Shown piece by piece: positions 1 to 13,800 of a stretch of 64,000 bases of DNA. The position numbers were made by a program, and so were the translations under genes. The stretch is taken from NCBI GenBank assembly GCA_000934665.2, contig KZ538175.1:62001-126000 (forward strand), written 5' to 3'. Position 1 is the first letter of the stretch. Each line of letters opens with the position of its first letter. The notes under the pieces were generated by a model, which ran no database searches, was not told where the DNA came from, and saw only the letters and a program-made list of their open reading frames with translations. The DNA is from Catajapyx aquilonaris. Taxonomy: Eukaryota.

Positions 1-3000
1 TCTGCGAACTCTGACCGCCTATCCCAGCTCGCTAATCTCGTTTCTGGACCCCGCAAGGCCACAAAGCCACCAAATCCTCTCTCTTGCCGACGACCAAGCC
101 CCCCTATAGATAGTGCTCGGCGCTGTCTCAACTACGACTGACTTTGTCCTGCGCCGTCAACCCTCCTTCCCCACATTTCCACTGGCAAATCTGTAGTGAA
201 AGCACCAAAGGGGGTACTCCGCCAGGGGCTCAAGATTAGGGTACACGCGGTGCCGGATTCAATCTAACTGATGAGTATAATTGGCCCCAAATATTAGGTG
301 TCACTGAGGAGGTTCAGGGTGGCGTCGGAGGAGCCCAGAGAGAAACTTGAGCAGGGAAGAGCGAACTTGGAGATCAACATATTTGCCAAAAGGGCATCCT
401 TGAAGGAGCATCAACTCACATTACGGGAAAATTATTCCTGATTATATATTCATATCAAAAATTTGCCTTAATTTGTGTTCATGTACTGGGCCTTATGTGT
501 AGGTTCACAGAGAAGGAAAGTTAATTGTTGTATATAACTAAAAGGGGTCGTGGGACCGCTGTGATTAGTTGGTGTGAATAGGGGAGGTATGATGATGGGT
601 GACAAAGAGGTGAAGGGTGGGGACAAAGAAAGCGTGACATCATTTAGGGACGGCAACTCCCCTCCTCTAATGTTGTAATAGCCAACAGCAAAAGACATCG
701 CAGACGTGATGTAGTCCACTATACTGTCGCCTCTCATTCGCCACTCCGCAGTTTAAATTTTTTTTTATATTTAAAAATAACAATGCGGGTGGCTCAGATC
801 AAAGAGCGTCAACACAATACATTTCAATGTATGTTACATGCATGGCTCATTCTGGTAACAGGCATTTAGAAATGGGAACTGATTTTTTCCACAGGCCAAT
901 GAAACAGCTAACATAACTGTAATCCATTCCGCTGCGCCCATGGCTAAAAATACCTTTGCAAACATAACGCCTTTTAGCAACACACTTGTCATTTAACTGG
1001 CATTATTGGATTTGGAGCACGTAGCGAAACTGCGGACTAAATTTCCCGAGCACCTAGTGTAGTGCACGTATCGTGAATGTCCTCATTACCAGAGTTAACT
1101 CTGAAAGGGCTGCACAGTGGACAGGAAGGCACAATGGTTGAGCACATTCCAATCCCATGCAATGGTCTCCTTTGTCGCTTTGTTATGATGGGTCCAGTCC
1201 CAAGTGGCCACAACACTGGTAGCAACCGAAACAAATTTGATTAGGCAACCTTGTATCCATCCCCCCAGTTCGGACCAGCCAGCTTCCACGTCCATCTGGC
1301 CATTCATTCGCGATACCATGGTTCCCAACCTCAGGCTTTAAACACACCAATCACGAGGACCTACATAATGGCGCTGTCTATTTAAACGTCATTTTTTCAT
1401 GGCGCTATTAACGTAGTCACGGATGAAAAGGGCCGAGTTTATGACTCGGCGGTGTGCTAAGGTCATTGTCCATGTCAAGGGGATTTACTGCGGTCATTTA
1501 AGCCAACAAGCTTGGGAGGAAGGAGACGGGGCCAAGGGGGTCACTTACGACCATCTCCTGGGATAAGTTAAATTTATTCGCCATTGTTGCTTTTCTAGCT
1601 TTCGCCTTATGCTTGACGACCGCTGGAGCCTTCCAGGCATTAAAATGTTTAGCATTCTATGAGTCCAGAATCTGTAATGTAAGTATGGGGAAATGCTTCT
1701 TAGAAACCTTTGGCTTCGACTACGAATTACAAAATTATGTGTCTTGTTATGCACGCACCTTCTCGAAAGATTCTTCTATAGGCATAGTCCACAACCTTTC
1801 TAATGTAATTATTAAGCAATTAATGTGTTTCATTCATCCTCAAAAATATATAATGGGTAACATGCCAATGGCAGCCCTGTTAGATTCATATGTGAGCTCA
1901 ATTAAAAAGAAACAAGCAGTTAGCAAGCCATAAGTATATTTCATGTCGCTGGAAACAAAGCAAGATTGTGACCTCCTGGGAGCAGCCTGTCACACTTTTC
2001 ATCCACATGCCAAGCTGACCTTTTAAAAATACTACATGTAGTAGGAAATATCTTTAATTTTTTAAATAATAAAGTAATAAACTTAATGTGACAAAACTGT
2101 CTTTTTGCAAAAAAAAATCACATATAGATAAAATAAAAAAGCCTTGCATACAAAATAGTCATTTTATACAAAACCGTAGCCAAGTACCAGAAGAATTTTA
2201 AAACGATTACTACCATCAATAAAAAAAGCACAATATGCCACTTTCCAAGAAACTCGACCATAGCAAGAAAAAAAAAACCTCCCCACTTTAGGAACATTTG
2301 CACATTCGCACGGTAATCCCGCGCAGTTGAGCTTGACGCGTCGATTCACATAGCTCGACTATGATAAAAAGGCCAGATATCCCACTTTGCAACTTAACTC
2401 CTTCCTTCCTCCCGCGTCAAGCACAAGCTAAAGAGTAAGCAGGCGAATAATGGCACTTGGCAACCCTTGTACCTAAATGTCACCGACCTTTTTACATCCC
2501 ATGAGACACCTGAGATTTTGGTAAGAAGTGCCAGGCCCATTCGAGTGGATGCAGGAGAAGTGGGGGAGGGAAAGAAAAGAGTCCACAGGAAGCAGGAAAA
2601 GTAGTCGTAAAAAAAGCTGACTTATGGAGTCGAGGGAGCCTTGGTGACAATGAAGTCCCCACTTTCCGCCTGCCCCGCTCCATTACTCCCCAAAATGCCA
2701 GGCCGCTCTTTTGCCGTTTCTTTTCAAGGGTAGCCAAGTGAATCTGCCTCCCGCAGACTCCTCCACTCGCCAACCAACCAGACAGAAACAAATCCAGCTC
2801 ATGATTTTTTTTTTCCCCCCCTCTACTTTTTGCCCCATAATCTTCCGCTCCTTTTTGCGACTCGACACCGTACGCCCCTTTTAATTACTTCCACCTCCCA
2901 AAAAGCTGGCTGAATCACAAATCAGTCCTGCCTAGGATTATCTCCGTAAAGCATCTATCTGGCCAGCACACGCCATTTTGGGGCATAACTCAGTGCATAC

Positions 3001-6000
3001 TAAGAAAGCAGGTGAGAGATAACAGCAGCCCCCTTTTGTTCTCCTGTATGCTATTACCCGATATCTAGTGTCGTGATTCATAAATTACGCATCTTGGATG
3101 GTTATAAACCTGGCTTACCCCAAACCCGCTGTATGTTAGTACGGTTAGGTTGACCAAATATGGTGTTTATAACGGGATCGGGTTGGGGAGATAAGTTTTG
3201 CACCCGAATTTATTGCGAGAGAGTTTGCAGGAAGAGGAAATACTATAGGGATGACCACCAAGTCTTGGAACAGCGTGTCACGCACATCTACGACACTGTC
3301 CACCACGTGTTTCGGAATTATTTACAGCAAGATCGCAATCTTGTCAGACTTTTAGAGGGGCTTAGTGTATGTACAATATAAATCCTTCTCCTCGAGTCAA
3401 ATTTTCTAGTAATTCCCTCAGCAAAACAGTCCCTAACTTATGAAATGTGGATTTTCCGTGATGCCCAACTGATACTTGGGCCTTATAATCGCGAAAGATA
3501 AGCACCGGTACATGTAACATCAAAAAACCTACCAGGCACGCGTGTAGTCGGCATGGAAAATAAATCATATTGCAAAACAGTCGCACACGCAATAGAACAG
3601 CAGGAAAAACCCAACACACTTGAATCGAGATCCTGCTCATTGATATAGCCGCCAGACAATGTGACATCGGCATGAGCAAAAATAGCATGCGCAAAGGACC
3701 TCTTGAGTAGTACAACACAGAAAAGCGTGAATATTGAGCGAGAAGCGGTAATAGCTGTGCTATATTAGACCTATTCTGACAAATAGTGAGCTCTCCCCTT
3801 GAAAAGAAGGCCTTGGTGGAGACTGGATTAAGCGGGCCAAAATTCCGGTCTGGTGTGTGTCCACTAACTGCAGGTCCCAGTGCGACGTCCTTTAATCCAG
3901 ACCGGCCACACACTTGATGCCCAATTACCAACAGGGTGACCAGGCCACGTGGAGCTTGTTCCTAGTACAGTCACGCACATACCTGAAATCACCAACGCAA
4001 GTGCAATTCCGACTGAAGAGGCCATTTGAATCGTGCACCCCGTCGAATCGACTGGAAAAAGTTTTCGAATTCTCCAGCGAGCCCTTCCTTGTTGTCCCAT
4101 CGGAACTCTCTAGGACTGTCTCCAATAATTGCGCCGTATACTCCGGTAATAACTGAGAATTGGATTGGCGAGGCTTTCCTTTTCCCCCCTAAGGTCCAGT
4201 AGTAGGAAACAGCTCCTTTGCCTCAATTCGACCCCGGGGCGAACTACGACGGAAGTATGGGAAGACCCGTTGCTGCCACGCTAAGATATCCGGTGAAAAA
4301 TTCAATCCTCCCCTTCGTTTTATTGAAGTTAGCAATCCCTTATCTAATTTTTGCAGTTCCTGCATCTCTCGACCGCGCAATCCGCCGAATACAAATGGGA
4401 ATGTCACCAGCTTTTCTCGGGTGTCCTCTTCCATTCATTCACTATGTGCTCCACCAACATAGCCTAAGAACACATAACCCACTTATGTGGGTGGTTGTTG
4501 TCATTTATTGTATTAAAAGATTTTTTCCCGACGACTTTTCCATGCATTACTGTACTGCATTATTATCAGACCAGATTTCAAGCAATATCGTAGATTCTCT
4601 TCAGTTTATTAAATGTTCATTTGTCCCTGCCCTGGTGCAGTAACCTCGACAAAAAACATGTGGTCTTTGGAAATTGAAACACTTCTGTGACAGCTAAGAC
4701 ACAGTGCAGTGGTTGCAAACTTTGGGGACTGAAATGCCTTGAGGAAACATTATAATGAGATATCAGTAATCCGATTGCGTCGACGTGAAAAGGATAAGTG
4801 TCAGAAAACTTTCCCCTCCGAGATAAGCCATACTCGGCGAGTCAAATGTGACTTCATTGACCCAACCATATTCGCCTATCAACGTAATGAACTCAATTGT
4901 AACTCAAACAAACAATATTCGCATGGTGAGACACCTCGTAATGAAGGTATTGTTGTCCTGTCGCCAGGCTAAATGAAACAGAGCCGGTCTGCAACAATCA
5001 AATAGAGCTCATGGACACATCCTACTTAGAAAGCGCTCTAGTTCTATTCATCCGGCATTTTGGCAATGGTACAATACTAACATAAAACACCGCTTTTGTG
5101 ACTTCAATAATTGGGTAGCATTAAGTCGCACGTATGCACTGACCGGCAGTAGAACTCTGCTTGCACGTTTCGAGACGCACGGTTAGAGTTCAAGATCCCA
5201 GATGCATTCCTAACCCATGGCAACTCCCCAACTGACGACTATCGCACCTGCTTTTGGCCTACAATCCTGCCGTTTGTGCCATTCCAGTCCTCTTCACCAC
5301 TAGATCTATGGAACATAGGTCCAATCAGTTCGTCTGGAATATATGGAAACCGAAGGTTCCTCTAACAAGTGCACGTGCGATTGGATGGTCCTCTTACCCT
5401 TTTAGTGTCTCATCACAGTTGCCCTATATACCCAGTGATTTTATTCGTCCTCAATGTGCCACAAAAGCAGGGATCACAAAATTACAAGCAGCATAATATG
5501 AAGGAGATGAAGATTTATTACAAGTTTAGACGAACTGGATGTGATAGAAATCTAACTTAGTTGATTTCGGTTCCAGAAATAGGAATGAGCGAAAATGTGG
5601 TATCGAATCACTGGATGATGAATTGAAGTTGCATCCGAGTTGGCCTCGAGTGTTGATCCAATAGGCTTTCCTCAGATACAACCAGTTTTGGCCTGCCCAC
5701 TTCAGCCGAATTTCTCATCCAAAAACTCATTTCGTTTCCTTCGCGAAAAAAAAACGCTTCTTGAGATCAACTGAATCATGTAACAGGTGTTTCCCATTTC
5801 ATGGAGGTTATTAAGGTGGGGGTAAGAAAAAAAATTCTCAGGCACGCAGTGTTTCTCTTGTAAGACCTTACGCGAAGCACTTCTTTCACAACGCAACCAT
5901 TCATTCGACTTTGCGTACCGGCATAATCCCGCTGCATAATTAATGTATACGACCCTATATTCCGGCTCTTTAATCAGACTTTTCGGCTTTTTTACACCCT

Positions 6001-9000
6001 CTTATATTTGATTTTTTAACACGCAAAGTTACTTTCCATGATTTTATCATAAAGTTTCTGCCTCTTTTCATAGCTTACGACCAGGTCTACATGTCTCTGT
6101 CAGTGGCATTGGAACAGTGCCGTCAGCTGCAATTCCTTGGGCATGGGAGGTTAATTTTGTGATTAATAATATTATAACTGAGGGGGACAGAAGCACCCTA
6201 ATTCCATTCCCCCTGCAATTATTCTACCTACAACCCACATGGCTTGGGTGCCCCAAGGAAACAGACCGACATGTCATACGGACCCATCTCCCCAACGAGC
6301 AGTATTATGTGTTTTGTGCACGCTTGGCTGAAATACCGCACTTATAATCGATTCATCACTATTATCTGATGAATGGTGACCGAATGACTGATATTACTTC
6401 CGGCTAATAAAAGTGAGTCACAGCCTATTTCTTCCTAATTATCTACAGGATGTCTGTCAGATGAATGTTACATTTACCATCTATACCGTTTAATTCCAGT
6501 CGTATATTTGGATTAATACTAAATTATTTTTAAAATCATTTAGAAACATTCCAATAGTGTGAAACACCGAACTTTAATATCATTGCCCTAACTCGCCAAC
6601 TTCGTGTAGATTCAGAAGGCGTAAATGTAAACATAAAACGTCAAGACATTTGACACAGAACTACGCATGTCATGCGACACACAAAAACGTTTCCGTCAAC
6701 CTCGTCAACGCGTTTTGTGTAAAATGACACAAAACTGTGAGCCATTTGATATGACACACTGTATGTCCTTAAAACTTTCTCGGTTTTCAAGCGAGTATAA
6801 TGAACTAGACACTACCACGCAGCTATCTCTGCTACTGAAGTTTCTTTAAAGACTCATTCAGCTCTTAAGAAGCCAAGAAAAGTATACAGCACTCCAGTTA
6901 AAAATCCGTAGGGTAGATATACTAAGTCGTCGCGGCAGTTTCCATGTTGCGAAATGTTTCTTTATGCCCACGAGACTTAATTTGTTGGCGCGTCATAATT
7001 CACAGTTTCGCTAGCAGTTTTGCTTGGCGACTTGATTAGTTCTGGTGCCGTTGGCCAAATGATCTAGTGCTGATTAGAAAAGATGAAGCAGAGCTGCTTT
7101 CAAATACACGCTTGAGAATGATGCATGGTTGCACACCAGAGAGAATGCACAAGACCTCAGCTCTCAAAACTTGCTCGGAGCCAAATTCATTCATTATGCC
7201 CTTTCTGTTCTCGCAAAACACGATTGATAGCATTTCCCGGAGAATTTTATGCCCGGGAAATTTCCGCTAGCTCAACATAAATTCTCCTTGCGCCGTCACA
7301 TCACCTTTCTCCGGGAACTACTGTAATGAGCTGTTACATGTTTATGGGTGTCGCCTGCGTGTTTCTTAACACCTGAGATGCCGGTATGCATCGCCTTTCT
7401 TCTTGCCTCAGGTGTTATCAGACAACCTATTATGTTGCTTCCTTTTTTATATATATTTTCTGGCTGCGAATCGCGCTGAATCTGGGCTCAGGTTGCCGGC
7501 TGACAGCTGCGGCTTTATTGCCAATTGGTCCAGGAAGAAGTAATCATTCCCAAGTTAGAGACTATCTTGATCTTACGCTGTCGCAGATGAAGTTGTGAAA
7601 AGAGTGAAGTCAGGGTAACGGTAATGGGGGATAGCTGACAAATTGGATCCTCGGACGTTTACGCTCAGATCGCGGTGTATATCCTTCAAGATGTAATGGG
7701 GTATATCATTAGCTCGTTTACTGAATAATACCCGTTTAGACGTTAAAAATTACCCGAAAAATGTATCGGGCTACATTTCAGTACATGGTTGTTAACTGCT
7801 ACTTCACACAAACATAAGGCACTTATATAGTAGGAATAGATTTTGTGAGGCCATGTTGACAACAAATCAAGTCGACTCTTGGTCATTACCATGCAGATTC
7901 TCGATGGCAAATATTTTTTGAGGTTACGAAACAAGTGAAGGTTACCTGATACAATGTCTGAACTATCGAACGTTAAGGAGAATGATCAAAAATGCCCCAC
8001 TTGAACTGCTCCAGACAATGAGCAATAGCCGTGTAAGGACTGCGATGTGCATTCAGGCAATTTAGTACGTCTTTCTCGCGAAGTTCAAGTTGGGGCATCT
8101 TGAAGCATACTCGATACAGTCCAGATCTTGTACCGAGTGACTTTCACGTATTTCTCTACCTCCAAGGAACTTTTGAGAGGCCAGATCTCACGAAGTGACC
8201 GGAGTTAGGGATGAAAAGGTTTGGCGATAGCATGCTCGACCTAGTCTTACAAAATCTGTTTCCAGGGCAGAATAAGTACTTCAGTTTCCATGGTGTGTAC
8301 TAATAGCTAAAAATATGCAAAATATGTACTAGATTGCATGAGTGGTTCTTTGCTTATATGTTGTTTACTCGCAATTCGTTCAGTCCAACCACAGCAAAAA
8401 GGCTACGCCTACAATATGCCGAAGAATATTCTGAACCGGTTGCTCTAAGCCTCATCTGTACAATAATTACAAAAGTCAGTTATAGTAAGTTATGTTTTCA
8501 AGAATTGGTCCAAATTATCTCAATTACTGGAATGTGAAGGTACCTATTTTTTACCATCATTATTAATAAGAGCCCTGAGAGGGGGTAATACACCCTAAAA
8601 GTACATCTCAAGCACGTAAAACCCGAATCGGCCATATAAGCCCGGAGGATGATCACGCAGGCTCTTTCATGAATCCAGCATTACGCATGACTTCATAGCA
8701 ATCGAGATAATGACACCAACTGTTAGAAATACTTCAGTGATGTACAATATTCCCTGTGAGGCAATTAAGCACCTGCAACAAGGGAATTCTCGCCCACCAC
8801 CCTCCACCCCCCCCCCTCCCTGGACTTGAGCATGATTATTTGGAAATTCTTCCGAAATTCCATTCTCCATTCTAGGAAAAGAGATTCATTTGGAATCGCT
8901 TTGAAGTGCGTGGAGAAAAGAACTTTTGCCCCGTTCCCAATCGATTCCAGAGGCTGCTGGAATGCATGCTCGAGTTTATGAAAGAAAGTCTCATTAGAGC

Positions 9001-10613
9001 CCAGCCACTACAATGACCTGCTGTGCAATTAAGACTGGCAGCTTCCTTGCCATTGTCAGGGAGTGGAATTGGCAAAAGACGGAAGGAGACACTGGTAAGG
9101 ACTTCATTTCCCCCCTCCCACCCTCTATACCCCTTCTCTCTTTCCAGTCTTGGCCACCTCCTCGCAAGGAAATTAGTTTGATCTAAAAAGTTGGAGGCTT
9201 CATTAGAGCATCACTTTTTTCTTCTTTCTTCTTCTTCTTCTTTCTGCCGGATATGGCCGGAGTCAGGACCCCCCGTTGGTCAGGAAACAAGACCGCAACC
9301 TTGTTCCGCAACAAGTGCGAATCGATATATGGAAGAAAATGGCAGAATGTGTCAGGATATCGAATCAAGCAGCAGGGGGAGGGGAGACCTGCCACATTAT
9401 TTCACATACGTGGTTTGTGTTCCTATAAAGAGTTTCTTTTCTTTCCTTGCAGATAGCACGGAAATGTTATGAATAGTAAGCAGATGCAGGAAATATTCAG
9501 ACGTGTCTGCCTTTCCAACTTCCTTATTCACAAAGTGCACGCGAATATACTTCAAGTTATTCCTTTAATACAGTAAAGCATCTATTCCTGTTCCTCCTTT
9601 TATCAGAAAAAAAACTTGCACTGACAGGATGAATACTGTACCAGGTATACTTTAATGTCTCCCCACTGTACTCCAACCCACTACACTGTATAGAACCACT
9701 CGGAAAAATTGTAGGAACCTTTTCAAGGAAAGATCAAAGAAGTAGTTGAATATTACGTCCCGAATGGAAGCACAGCCGTCATGAGAGACGAAAGTAATAA
9801 AATAGTAATAAATTCTTAGTTCTTTCTACATAAAAGATGGAGAAGAAATGATAACACCATATGCACGATTTTATAAAGTAGCTATGAGAATTTAAATGGA
9901 GAGTGAGGGTACCCTTATTACCCATCGTGGATTGCCAAGCAATCTCCTTCAAGTTATACCCCCTGTAAGACCTGCTCCCGGTTGCATATCAGATTAGGAT
10001 GCAATTGAGGCTGAAAGAATAGCAGGCAAGGACAACCGCCAGACTCTGCATAATTTGGCATTGCGGGCTCCGTTCCGGTGGGCAAACACACAATCGGGGC
10101 CAAACCGTTGATGGGATAACATTTCATGGTAGCAACCGCATGTTTCAATCTTTGACGTGCAAAACCGCTCTCCCGGAGCGCCAGGGACGGGTTGAGTCAA
10201 CCGCAAATTGCTTTGTGGCTGAGAGACCACGCAATCTGCTTAGTGCCAAGATGGATGTGACCTGATCCCAGATGGTTCATAAACGTGCCTCTGGGTTAGG
10301 GAGGGGGGCGTCTGTGGGGCCGCCGGAAAGTTGCAGGTGCATGCGAGAACCGCGGTCGGCTTAATCAACTCTTTTAATATGTTAGCCCCGGGGCCGGGCT
10401 CAAAGTGGCAACGTGGCCAAATTGCAATCTGCCCCCTCCTTCTAAACATTTTGGAAGGGGGTAAACTCCATAGGGAGTCTGCGCCACCCAGATTATAAAG
10501 ACTGGGAGTAAATCCTCTCTAAACAAGTTCAAACTTAAACTCCAGGCGCAAACGGCCCGACGAAGAACACAGTGGGGGTTGAGTTGCAATCCCAAAATTA
10601 TGGACACGGGGAA

Positions 10614-10642
10614 CCCCCCCNCCCCCCCCCCCCCCCCCCCCC
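10614..10642. repeat. Poly-C tract containing an N
   Basis: Homopolymer with a single N at 10621, so its length is unreliable. Confidence 0.9.
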
Positions 10643-10775
10643 AAACACGAAAAGAGGGTACAACCTCAGAAAACCTGGGTGCTCCCACGTGCCTAGTTCA
10701 GGAATTTCGCTCAGCCACTTAACCTGTCAGGGTAAATCAGGGCTTTTCCTTGCCTGGAGAAGCCAGGGGGACCTC

Positions 10776-10811
10776 GAAGAAGAAGAAGAAGGAAGAAGAA
10801 GAAGAGGAAGA
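10776..10811. repeat. Imperfect (GAA)n repeat
   Basis: gaagaagaagaagaaggaagaagaagaagaggaag. Confidence 0.85.
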
Positions 10812-13800
10812 CCTCCCCGACCACATCCAGCACAGACCATAAATTGCGTCTCCACCTAGGTGTGAGCACTTGCTGCGGAAGATTCCCTGCCAAAAGGAAG
10901 ATTTTTTTTTTCCACACCTCACACTTTCCCATTTTGGGTTTTCACCCGCGTCCTTTTTAGAACATGCTTGCTGAGAGCGGTCCCAACTTGTCCCCTGCAA
11001 TTAATTCACACTTGGAAGTGTGCTCTAAAAGTCCAGAGTTGAATTGTATTTGGATGAAAAACTTACACTTTAGCGTGGCGCACTTAGCCGGAACGAATGA
11101 GAAATAATGGGAGGCTTTTCAATGGTTCCTCTTTTGGAGAATTCCTCCGTATCTTGGGAAGCAACCATGTTTTTTAAAAGTTGAAAATTAATGATGGCGT
11201 GTTTGGAAGCTGTTCTGCTGGTCATCCGATTAACATCCGTCAAATTACACAAGTGTTCCAATAAAACCACAAGGAAACACGCATTTTACAATATCCAGGT
11301 TACAGTACTTGTGCCATGTTCCTGTCATCAGTAGTTTTCGTCTCTTGTGTATCAAGAAGGGTATGCACAAGTATTCAAGATATACGTACAATCCTATTTT
11401 CTAAAGTTCACCATTGTTGTCATTAATAGGTCGCAATCATAATGGCAACAAAGTGGTGTCAGTCCTAATTTAAAAAAAAAAACACAGTCTGGAAATGTAC
11501 AATTACTTTGCGAGTGAGTATCCCCCGGGAAGATCATGAGTGATTGTTGGTTGCATCACAAGGCTCATGTATAATGCTCGAACAAATCCTAGATTTCGCT
11601 CCCCTCGTAAACTAAATCCTCTTTACATAGAACAGGTCTATCGGTTTAGGCCATGAATTCGACCCACCGCAGAATTCCTGCGTGAATAGTGGTGGAAAAA
11701 AACACGTGCCCTTGTCATCTACACGTGCGCCTAGGTTTTCCCTAAGGGTGCTCCTTTTTCTCCTTCTTCCAAAAAATCCAGCCATAAAATTAAGCCCCAC
11801 CTGAATATTTAAAATACGGAATGAAAATACTATTAACCTCCCGAGTTGGCGCGCTTCTGCATTATAAACCTACGAGTACGTCAAGTACCGGTTAAAATAA
11901 AAATAGAGATGGATACATGCTGGCAGAACAAGACAATAGCAGTTCTGGCATAATTCGCGTTACGCGTGCTTGCTGCTGCAATAATTTTAGTCCCATTGAA
12001 AAACACGGCTTTTGAAGCGGCAGTGCTCCCAGAAGGAGTGAACAGAAGGAGAAGCCAGAGCCTCCAATTACGGGCTTCTACGTGTTTGCCCCGGAGTTTT
12101 GTTGCCAGGATTTGAATATTTTATGGGTATGGCATGTTCACCGCTCCCTTTTCGCTTGACTCTGTATGGGGAGAGAGAGAGAAAAAAAACCGAAACAGGC
12201 ATCCCTGAATTTTTACGATACAGGAAAAAGAACTGCAATGCAGCATTGCAAATTTGACAAACTTTGGCCCAAAGACATCGGCGTGTCTATTACAAATTTG
12301 AATACAAGTTTTTGACATGAAATCGTCCAGCGAAAAAGTTCCAGCGTTAGAGTGTCCATCCCAGGCTAAAACCTATTAAAAACTTGTATCTTTTAAAGCG
12401 AGATAGGCTTTATTGACTGAAATTCAGTGAGATGAAATGGGAACAACCGGTTCTGTGTCAACGCCAGTGTAAAATGGTAATTCAGTTCAACCTCAACGCG
12501 GCATGACATGTCGTGCTGCCATTCAATATTCCGTTAAAGAGGACATGGTGTAGTCGTACAGCACGTGCACTACCTGGCCCCGACTGGAAAGGGTTACTGC
12601 TCTTGACTGACAGCCATAATGAACAACACGTCATTTGATTCCTTGGGCGTAATCCGATTTTTAGGCTTATTAAAAAATCCTGAAGATGCTGCCTCACCAC
12701 CATTGTCTTTCCAGACAAAGGGAGAATCGAATTATTGGTTTTCCTTTTTCTCGGTGCCACTGCCGCATTATAATAAGCTCTCTGCTTCTCTCTTTCTCCC
12801 TTTCTTACCAAGACCTAAGCCAAGAGGATAATCAATCTTTGCTATTAAGACTCATTCTGAAATATTGCTCATTCAGACACGATATTTCGTGGCTATAGTT
12901 CTCAAAGTTCATGTTGGTCCATGCCAATTTTCAAATGTAGCAATTTTTTTAGTTCACCTAGTTGAACATTGCCCTGCAATAAGAACTTCTGCGATTTTAA
13001 AGGAACGTTATTGTTGCAAATGGGCACAAAATGGGTGGGCAATCACGCCTGCCTTGTCGTCGAATATAACTAATTTCGTTCAGCCTCATTCGATCAGTTA
13101 ATGGCCATTGTTTCTTGATTAGCATGGGCATTCAAACAATATATGGCCCACAGTATATTAAAATACGCCAGTGTGCAGGTTTGTAATAGGAAGCGAATTT
13201 GCAAATATTACGTGACTAACGGTGTAGCCCAATTGTGAATTTATGTATGCTGCACGTGAGTTGAGGCATTGATATAGTTTCATCCAATATAAATGCATTA
13301 ACATGCAAGCTTACATTGCCGGAATACTGTCAGTGACGGTTCAGGTCCAAGTTCTACCTAACACGTCATCGCTTGTTGCAGTACGAATAATACAGTACCA
13401 TGATGTTAATTTAAAACTTCCATATGCCATCAAACGTCACAATACATTTACAGACCCCCTGGATGCAATAGTTAGTCATATATAATACCGTACTGTATAA
13501 ACTGCATTGAGGTTGATGGCCATGACGGCCCTTTTCAAAAAGAAATTGCCCGCACAATGCAACACTATATACAGTAAGCCTATTGTAGTGGTATTTCATG
13601 GAACAGAAATAGCTACAATTCCACGCACCTGCTTGGCCCAATACCATTGATCTACCTTCAAAGCATATCACGTTACCGGGAGGAATAACGCTCAGTCCCC
13701 ATAAAGAGAGTCTGTCGTGAGCTTTTGTATTCGTTACTAGGATTGGCAAGAGATGGTGCGGAAGTAGCTGAAAAATTCCCCGTGACTTGCACGCTGGCTA

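Noticed and set aside
267..300. CTGATGAG hammerhead-core-like words (also about 14957 and 30552)
   Set aside because: No stem II followed by GAAA and no flanking helices.
2050..2300. 3'UTR or poly(A)-site-like AT-rich tract
   Set aside because: Signals occur on both strands (AATAAA twice on plus, ATTAAA on minus) and no terminal exon could be linked.
3362..3931. Longest ORF (189 aa, minus)
   Set aside because: No recognisable domain, composition typical of random translation, and no supporting splice structure.
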